From assembly GCA_964016885.1 (NCBI GenBank), contig OZ024744.1:124620001-124684000 (forward strand): DNA of 64,000 nucleotides. The letters are read 5' to 3'. Of this stretch, positions 54,601 to 64,000 are shown in pieces; position 1 is the first letter of the stretch; each line of letters starts with the position of its first letter. Source of the stretch: Eledone cirrhosa (lineage: Eukaryota). Under the pieces are notes generated by a model. It had not been told where the DNA came from, searched no databases, and saw nothing but the letters and a program-made list of their open reading frames with translations. The position numbers and the translations under genes are program-made.

Positions 54601-55475
54601 AATTTAACTCAACCCCAACTTAACTCAACCCCAACTTAACTTAACCCCAACTTAACTTAACCCTAACTTAGCTTATCCCCAACTGAACTTATCTCCAACT
54701 TAACCTAACCCCAACTTATCTTAACCCCAACTTAACTTAAACCCAACTTAACTTAACCCCAACTTAGCTTATCCCCAACTGAACTTATCCCCAACTTAAC
54801 CTAACCCCAACTTAACTTAACCCCAACTTAATTTAACCCCAACTTAATTTAACCCCAACTTAACTTAAACCCAACTTAACTTAACCCCAACTTAAATTAA
54901 CCCCAACTGAACTTAACCCCAACTTAAATTAACCCCAACTTAACTTAACCCCAACTTAACTTAACCCCAACTTAAATTAACCCCAACTTAACATAACCTC
55001 AACTTAACTTAACCGCAACTTAACTGAAACCCAACTTAAGTTAACCCCAACTTAATTTAACCCCAACTTCCCTCAACCCCAACTTAACTTAACCCCAACG
55101 TAAGTTAACCCCAACTTAACTTAACCACAAAGTTAACTTAACCCCAATTTAAATTAACCACCACTTAACTTAACCCCAACTTAACCCCAACTTAACTTAA
55201 CCCCAACTTAACACCAACTTAACTTAACCCCAACTTAACTTAACCCCAACTCTACTTAACCCCAACTTAACTTAACCCCAACTTCACTCAACCCCAACTT
55301 AACTTACACCCAACTTAACTTAACCCCAACTTAATTTAACCACCACTTAACTTAACCCCAACTTAAATTAACCCCAACTTAACTTACCCCCAACTTAACT
55401 TACCCCCAACTTAACTTAAGCCCAACTTAAGTTAAGCCTTACTTAACTTAACCCCAACTTAACGTAACTCCGATT

Positions 55476-55771
55476 TTGGGGTTAAGTTAAGTTGGGGGTA
55501 AGTTAAGTTGGGTGTGAGTTAAGTTGGGGTTAAGTCAAGTTGGGATTAAGTTAAGTTGGGGTTAAGTTAAGTTGGGGTTAAGTTAAGTTGGGGTTAAGTT
55601 AAGTCGGGGTTAAGTTAAGTCGGGGTTAAGTTAAGTTAGGGTTAAGTTAAGTTGGGGTTAACTTAAGTTGGGGTTGAGTTAAGTTGGGGTTGAGTGAAGT
55701 TGGGGTTAAGTTAAGTTGGGGTTGAGTGAAGTTGGGGCTAAGTTAAGTTGGGGTTAAGTTAAGTTGGGGTT
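55476..55771 (-). repeat. Inverted island 17 (type B)
   Basis: Type B entry. Exit at 55771/55772. Confidence 0.95.
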
Positions 55772-58355
55772 AACCCCAACTTAACCTAACCCCAACTTAA
55801 CTTAACCCCAACTTAATTTAACCCCAGCTTTACTTATCTCCAACTTAATTTAACCCCAACTTAACTTAACCCCAACTTAACTTAAACCCAACTTAACTTA
55901 ACCCCAACTTAGCTTATCCCCAACTTAACTTATCCCCAACTTAACCTAACCCCAACTTGACTTATCCCCAACTTAACTGAACCCCAACTTAACTTAACCC
56001 CAACTTAAATTAACCCCAACTTAACTTAAACTAAACTTAACTAACCCCAACTTAACTTAACCCCCAACTTAACTTAACCCCAACTTAACTTAACCACAAC
56101 TTAACTTAAACCCAACTTAACTTAACCCCAACTTAACTTATCCCCAACTTAACTAATCCCCAACTTAACCTAACCCAAACTTAACTTAACCCCAACTTAA
56201 CTTAACCCCAACTTAATTTAACCCCAACTTAACTTAACCCCAGCTTAACTTAAAGCCAACTTAACTTAACCCCAACTTAACTTAACCCTAACTTAACTTA
56301 ACACCGACTTAACTTAACCCCGACTTAACTTAACCCCAACTTAACTTAACCCCAACTCAACTTAACCCCAACTTAACTTAACCCCAACTTAATTTAACCC
56401 CAAATTAACCCAAACTTAACTTAACCCCAACTTAACTGAACCACAACTTAACTTAACCCAAAATTAACTTAACCCCAACTTAACTTAACCCCAACTTAAC
56501 TTAATCCCAACTTAACTCAGCCCCAACTTAACTTAGCCCCAACTTAAATTAACCCCAACTTAATTTAACCCCAACTCAACTTAACCCCAACTTAAGTTGA
56601 CCCCAACTTAAATTAAACCCAACTTAACTTAACCCCAACTTAACTTAACCCCAACTTAACTTAGCCCCAACTTAACTTAGCCCCAACTTAACTTAGCCCC
56701 AACTTAACTTAACCACAACTTAACTTAACCTCAACTTAACCCCAACTTAACTTAACCCCAACTTAACTTAACCCCAACTTAAATTAACCCCAACTTAACA
56801 TAACCTCAACTTAAATTAACCCCAACTTAACTCAACCTCAACTTAACTTAACCCCAACTTAACTTAACCCCAACTTAACTTAACCCCAACTTAAAATAAC
56901 CTCAACTTAAATTAACCCCAACTTAACTCAACCCCAACTTAACTTAACCCCGACTTAACTTAACCCCAACTTAACTTAACCCCAACTTAACTTAACCGCA
57001 ACTTAACTCAAACCCAACTTAAGTTAACCCCAACTTAACTTAACCCCAACTTCACTCAACGCCAACTTAACTTAACTCCAACTTAACTTAACCACAAAGT
57101 TAACTTAACCCCAATTTAAATTAACCCCAACTTAACATAACCACCACTTAAATTAACCCCAACTCTATTTAACCCCAACTTAACTTAACCCCAACTTAAC
57201 ATAACCCCAACTTAAATTAACCCTAACTTAACTTAAGCCCAACTTAACTTAACCCCAACTTCAGTCAACCCCAACTTAACGTACACCCAACTTAACTCAG
57301 CCCCAACTTAACTTAGCCCCAACTTGAAGTAACCCCAACTTAACTCAACCCCAACTTAACTTAACCCCAACTTAACTTAACCCCAACTTAACTCAACCCC
57401 AATTTAACTCAACCCCAACTTAACTCAACCCCAACTTAACTTAACCCCAACTTAACTTAACCCTAACTTAACTTAACACCGACTTAACATAACCCCGACT
57501 TATCTTAACCCCAACTTAACTTAAACCCAACTTAACTTAACCCCAACTTAGCTTATCCCCAACTTAACTTATCCCCAACTTAACCTAACCCCAACTTAAC
57601 TTAACCCCAACTTAATTTAACCCCAACTTAATTTAACCCCAACTTAACTTAAACCCAACTTAACTTAACCCCAACTTAAATTAAACCCAACTGAACTTAA
57701 CCCCAACTTAAATTAACCCCAACTTAACTTAACCCCAACTTAACTTAACCCCAACTTAAATTAACCCCAACTTAACATAACCTCAACTTAAATTAACCCC
57801 GACTTAACTTAACCCCAACTTAACTTAACCCCAACTTAACTTAACCGCAACTTAACTGAAACCCAACTTAAGTTAACCCCAACTTAACTTAACCCCAACT
57901 TCCCTCAACCCCAACTTAACTTAACCCCAACGTAAGTTAACCCCAACTTAACTTAACCACAAAGTTAACTTAACCCCAATTTAAATTAACCTCAACTTAA
58001 GTTAACCCCAACTTAACATAACCACCACTTAACTTAACCCCAACTTAACCCCAACTTAACTTAACCCCAACTTAACACCAACTTAACTTAACCCCAACTT
58101 AAATTAACCCCAACTCTAATTAACCCCAACTTAACTTAACCCCAACTTCACTCAACCCCAACTTAACTTACACCCAACTTAACTTAACCCCAACTTAATT
58201 TAACCCCAACTTAAATTAACCCCAACTTAACATAACCACCACTTAACTTAACCCCAACTTAACTTAACCCCAACTTAACTTACCCCCAACTTAACTTACC
58301 CCCAACTTAACTTAACCCCAACTTAACTTAACCCCAACTTAACGTAACTCCGATT

Positions 58356-58651
58356 TTGGGGTTAAGTTAAGTTGGGGGTAAGTTAAGTTGGGTGTGAGTT
58401 AAGTTGGGGTTAAGTCAAGTTGGGATTAAGTTAAGTTGGGGTTAAGTTAAGTTGGGGTTAAGTTAAGTCGGGGTTAAGTTAAGTCGGGGTTAAGTTAATT
58501 CGGGGTTAATTTAAGTTAGGGTTAAGTTAAGTTGGGGTTAACTTAAGTTGGGGTTGAGTTAAGTTGGGGTTGAGTGAAGTTGGGGTTAAGTTAAGTTGGG
58601 GTTGAGTGAAGTTGGGGCTAAGTTAAGTTGGGGTTAAGTTAAGTTGGGGTT
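58356..58651 (-). repeat. Inverted island 18 (type B')
   Basis: Type B entry with TTAATTCGGGG variant. Exit at 58651/58652. Confidence 0.95.
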
Positions 58652-61600
58652 AACCCCAACTTAACCTAACCCCAACTTAACTTAACCTCAACTTAATTTA
58701 ACCCCAGCTTAACTTATCTCCAACTTAATTTAACCCCAACTTAACTTAACCCCAACTTAACTTAAACCCAACTTAACTTAACCCCAACTTAGCTTATCCC
58801 CAACTTAACTTATCCCCAACTTAACCTAACCCCAACTTAACTTAACCCCAACTAAACTTAACCCCAACTTGACTTATCCCCAACTTAACTGAACCCCAAC
58901 TTAACTTAACCCCAACTTAAATTAACCCCAACTTAACTTAAACTAAACTTAACTAACCCCAACTTAACTTAACCCCCAACTTAACTTAACCCCAACTTAA
59001 CTTAACCACAACTTAACTTAAACCCAACTTAACTTAACCCCAACTTAACTTATCCCCAACTTAACTAATCCCCAACTTAACCTAACCCAAACTTAACTTA
59101 ACCCCAACTTAACTTAACCCCAACTTAATTTAACCCCAACTTAACTTAACCCCAGCTTAACTTAAACCCAACTTAACTTAACCCCAACTTAAATTATCCC
59201 CAACTTAACTTATCCCCAACTTAACCTAACCCCAACTTAACTTAACCCCAACTTAACTTAACCCCAACTTAATTTAACCCCAACTTAACCTAACCCAAAC
59301 TTAACCTAACCCCAACTTAACTTAACCCCAACTTAATTTAACCCCAACTTAACTTAACCCCAGCTTAACTTAAAGCCAACTTAACTTAACCCCAACTTAA
59401 CTTAACCCTAACTTAACTTAACACCGACTTAACTTAACCCCGACTTAACTCAACCACAACTTAACTTAACCCCAACTCAACTTAACCCCAACTTAACTTA
59501 ACCCCAACTTAATTTAACCCCAAATTAACCCAAACTTAACTTAACCCCAACTTAACTGAACCACAACTTAACTTAACCCAAAATTAACTTAACCCCAACT
59601 TAACTTAACCCCAACTTAACTTAATCCCAACTTAACTCAGCCCCAACTTAACTTAGCCCCAACTTAAATTAACCCCAACTTAATTTAACCCCAACTCAAC
59701 TTAACCCCAACTTAAGTTGACCCCAACTTAAATTAAACCCAACTTAACTTAACCCCAACTTAACTTAACCACAACTTAATTTAAACCCAACTTAACTTAA
59801 CCCCAACTTAACTTATCCCCAACTTAACTAATCCCCAACTTAACCTAACCCAAACTTAACTTAACCCCAACTTAACTTAACCCCAACTTAATTTAACCCC
59901 AACTTAACTTAACCCCAGCTTAACTTAAACCCAACTTAACTTAACCCCAACTTAAATTATCCCCAACTTAACTTATCCCCAACTTAACCTAACCCCAACT
60001 TAACTTAACCCCAACTTAAATTAACCCCAACTTAATTTAACCCCAACTTAACCTAACCCAAACTTAACCTAACCCCAACTTAACTTAACCCCAACTTAAT
60101 TTAACCCCAACTTAACTTAACCCCAGCTTAACTTAAAGCCAACTTAACTTAACCCCAACTTAACTTAACCCTAACTTAACTTAACACCGACTTAACTTAA
60201 CCCCGACTTAACTTAACCCCAACTTAACTTAACCCCAACTCAACTTAACCCCAACTTAACTTAACCCCAACTTAATTTAACCCCAAATTAACCCAAACTT
60301 AACTTAACCCCAACTTAACTGAACCACAACTTAACTTAACCCAAAATTAACTTAACCCCAACTTAACTTAACCCCAACTTAACTTAATCCCAACTTAACT
60401 GAGCCCCAACTTAACTTAGCCCCAACTTAAATTAACCCCAACTTAATTTAACCCCAACTCAACTTAACCCCAACTTAAGTTGACCCCAACTTAAATTAAA
60501 CCCAACTTAACTTAACCCCAACTTAACTTAACCCCAACTTAACTTAGCCCCAACTTAACTTAGCCCCAACTTAACTTAGCCCCAACTTAACTTAACCACA
60601 ACTTAACTTAACCTCAACTTAACCCCAACTTAACTTAACCCCAACTTAACTTAACCCCAACTTAAATTAACCCCAACTTAACATAACCTCAACTTAAATT
60701 AACCCCAACTTAACTCAACCTCAACTTAACTTAACCCCAACTTAACTTAACCCCAACTTAACTTAACCCCAACTTAAAATAACCTCAACTTAAATTAACC
60801 CCAACTTAACTCAACCCCAACTTAACTTAACCCCGACTTAACTTAACCCCAACTTAACTTAACCCCAACTTAACTTAACCGCAACTTAACTCAAACCCAA
60901 CTTAAGTTAACCCCAACTTAACTTAACCCCAACTTCACTCAACCCCAACTTAACTTAACTCCAACTTAACTTAACTCCAACTTAACTTAACCACAAAGTT
61001 AAATTAACCCCAATTTAAATTAACCCCAACTTAACTTAACCCCAACTTAACATAACCACCACTTAAATTAACCCCAACTTAACACCAACTTAACTTAACC
61101 CCAACTTAAATTAACCCCAACTCTACTTAACCCCAACTTAACTTAACCCCAACTTAACATAACCCCAACTTAAATTAACCCTAACTTAACTTAACCCCAA
61201 CTTAACTTAACCCCAACTTCAGTCAACCCCAACTTAACGTACACCCAACTTAACTCAGCCCCAACTTAACTTAGCCCCAACTTGAAGTAACCCCAACTTA
61301 ACTCAACCCCAACTTAACTTAACCCCAACTTAACTTCACCCCAACTTAACTCAACCCCAATTTAACTCAACCCCAACTTAACTCAACCCCAACTTAACTT
61401 AACCCCAACTTAACTTAACCCTAACTTAACTTAACACCGACTTAACATAACCCCGACTTAACTTAACCCCAACTTAACTTAAACCCAACTTAGCTTATCC
61501 CCAACTTAACTTATCCCCAACTTAACCTAACCCCAACTTAACTTAACCCCAACTTAATTTAACCCCAACTTAATTTAACCCCAACTTAACTTAAACCCAA

Positions 61601-64000
61601 CTTAACTTAACCCCAACTTAAATTAACCCCAACTGAACTTAACCCCAACTTAAATTAACCCCAACTTAACTTAACCCCAACTTAACTTAACCCCAACTTA
61701 AATTAACCCCAACTTAACATAACCTCAACTTAAATTAACCCCAACTTAACTCAACCCCAACTTAACTTAACCCCGACTTAACTTAACCCCAACTTAACTT
61801 AACCCCAACTTAACTTAACCGCAACTTAACTTAAACCCAACTTAAGTTAACCCCAACTTAACTTAACCCCAACTTAATTTAACCCCAAATTAACCCAAAC
61901 TTAACTTAACCCCAACTTAACTGAACCACAACTTAACTTAACCCAAAATTAACTTAACCCCAACTTAACTTAACCCCAACTTAACTTAATCCCAACTTAA
62001 CTCAGCCCCAACTTAACTTAGCCCCAACTTAAATTAACCCCAACTTAATTTAACCCCAACTCAACTTAACCCCAACTTAAGTTGACCCCAACTTAAATTA
62101 AACCCAACTTAACTTAACCCCAACTTAACTTAACCACAACTTAATTTAAACCCAACTTAACTTAACCCCAACTTAACTTATCCCCAACTTAACTAATCCC
62201 CAACTTAACCTAACCCCAACTTAACTTAACCCCAACTTAAATTAACCCCAACTTAATTTAACCCCAACTTAACCTAACCCAAACTTAACCTAACCCCAAC
62301 TTAACTTAACCCCAACTTAATTTAACCCCAACTTAACTTAACCCCAGCTTAACTTAAAGCCAACTTAACTTAACCCCAACTTAACTTAACCCTAACTTAA
62401 CTTAACACCGACTTAACTTAACCCCGACTTAACTTAACCCCAACTTAACTTAACCCCAACTCAACTTAACCCCAACTTAACTTAACCCCAACTTAATTTA
62501 ACCCCAAATTAACCCAAACTTAACTTAACCCCAACTTAACTGAACCACAACTTAACTTAACCCAAAATTAACTTAACCCCAACTTAACTTAACCCCAACT
62601 TAACTTAATCCCAACTTAACTGAGCCCCAACTTAACTTAGCCCCAACTTAAATTAACCCCAACTTAATTTAACCCCAACTCAACTTAACCCCAACTTAAG
62701 TTGACCCCAACTTAAATTAAACCCAACTTAACTTAACCCCAACTTAACTTAACCCCAACTTAACTTAGCCCCAACTTAACTTAGCCCCAACTTAACTTAG
62801 CCCCAACTTAACTTAACCACAACTTAACTTAACCTCAACTTAACCCCAACTTAACTTAACCCCAACTTAACTTAACCCCAACTTAAATTAACCCCAACTT
62901 AACATAACCTCAACTTAAATTAACCCCAACTTAACTCAACCTCAACTTAACTTAACCCCAACTTAACTTAACCCCAACTTAACTTAACCCCAACTTAAAA
63001 TAACCTCAACTTAAATTAACCCCAACTTAACTCAACCCCAACTTAACTTAACCCCGACTTAACTTAACCCCAACTTAACTTAACCCCAACTTAACTTAAC
63101 CGCAACTTAACTCAAACCCAACTTAAGTTAACTCCAACTTAACTTAACCCCAACTTCACTCAACCCCAACTTAACTTAACTCCAACTTAACTTAACTCCA
63201 ACTTAACTTAACCACAAAGTTAAATTAACCCCAATTTAAATTAACCCCAACTTAACTTAACCCCAACTTAACATAACCACCACTTAAATTAACCCCAACT
63301 TAACACCAACTTAACTTAACCCCAACTTAAATTAACCCCAACTCTACTTAACCCCAACTTAACTTAACCCCAACTTAACATAACCCCAACTTAAATTAAC
63401 CCTAACTTAACTTAACCCCAACTTAACTTAACCCCAACTTCAGTCAACCCCAACTTAACGTACACCCAACTTAACTCAGCCCCAACTTAACTTAGCCCCA
63501 ACTTGAAGTAACCCCAACTTAACTCAACCCCAACTTAACTTAACCCCAACTTAACTTCACCCCAACTTAACTCAACCCCAATTTAACTCAACCCCAACTT
63601 AACTCAACCCCAACTTAACTTAACCCCAACTTAACTTAACCCTAACTTAACTTAACACCGACTTAACATAACCCCGACTTAACTTAACCCCAACTTAACT
63701 TAAACCCAACTTAGCTTATCCCCAACTTAACTTATCCCCAACTTAACCTAACCCCAACTTAACTTAACCCCAACTTAATTTAACCCCAACTTAATTTAAC
63801 CCCAACTTAACTTAAACCCAACTTAACTTAACCCCAACTTAAATTAACCCCAACTGAACTTAACCCCAACTTAAATTAACCCCAACTTAACTTAACCCCA
63901 ACTTAACTTAACCCCAACTTAAATTAACCCCAACTTAACATAACCTCAACTTAAATTAACCCCAACTTAACTCAACCCCAACTTAACTTAACCCCGACTT

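Larger units (their letters stand above)
22730..64000. repeat. 16-bp satellite array, segment 3, continues off the right edge
   Basis: Uninterrupted 16-bp monomers with 11 inverted islands and multi-kb higher-order duplications. Confidence 0.98.

Overview
This window is entirely non-coding tandem-repeat DNA, almost certainly eukaryotic satellite. I find no credible gene, RNA gene, transposon or CRISPR array. About 58 kb is a degenerate 16-bp satellite, consensus AACTTAACTTAACCCC (G-strand TTAAG-TTAAG-TTGGGG, telomere-like), mostly C-rich on the + strand. The array is interrupted by 18 short (~120-345 bp) islands in the opposite orientation. The 17 islands with a visible entry open with a stereotyped AACTCCGA(CT/TT/A)TTGGGG junction. 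Sixteen islands close with a zero-spacer GGGGTT|AACCCC palindrome (one has a single substitution). At the other two (13821-16678, 19872-22729), a 2.86-kb AT-rich island replaces the palindromic junction. It is built from a ~37-bp dyad-containing repeat and a ~240-bp module, and it contains a miniature inversion with the same two-junction geometry. Variant monomers reveal nested higher-order duplications at offsets 6051, 8320, 11983, ~12.5 kb and ~2.2-2.3 kb. All coordinates and identities were read by eye. The species and chromosomal position cannot be determined from the window.
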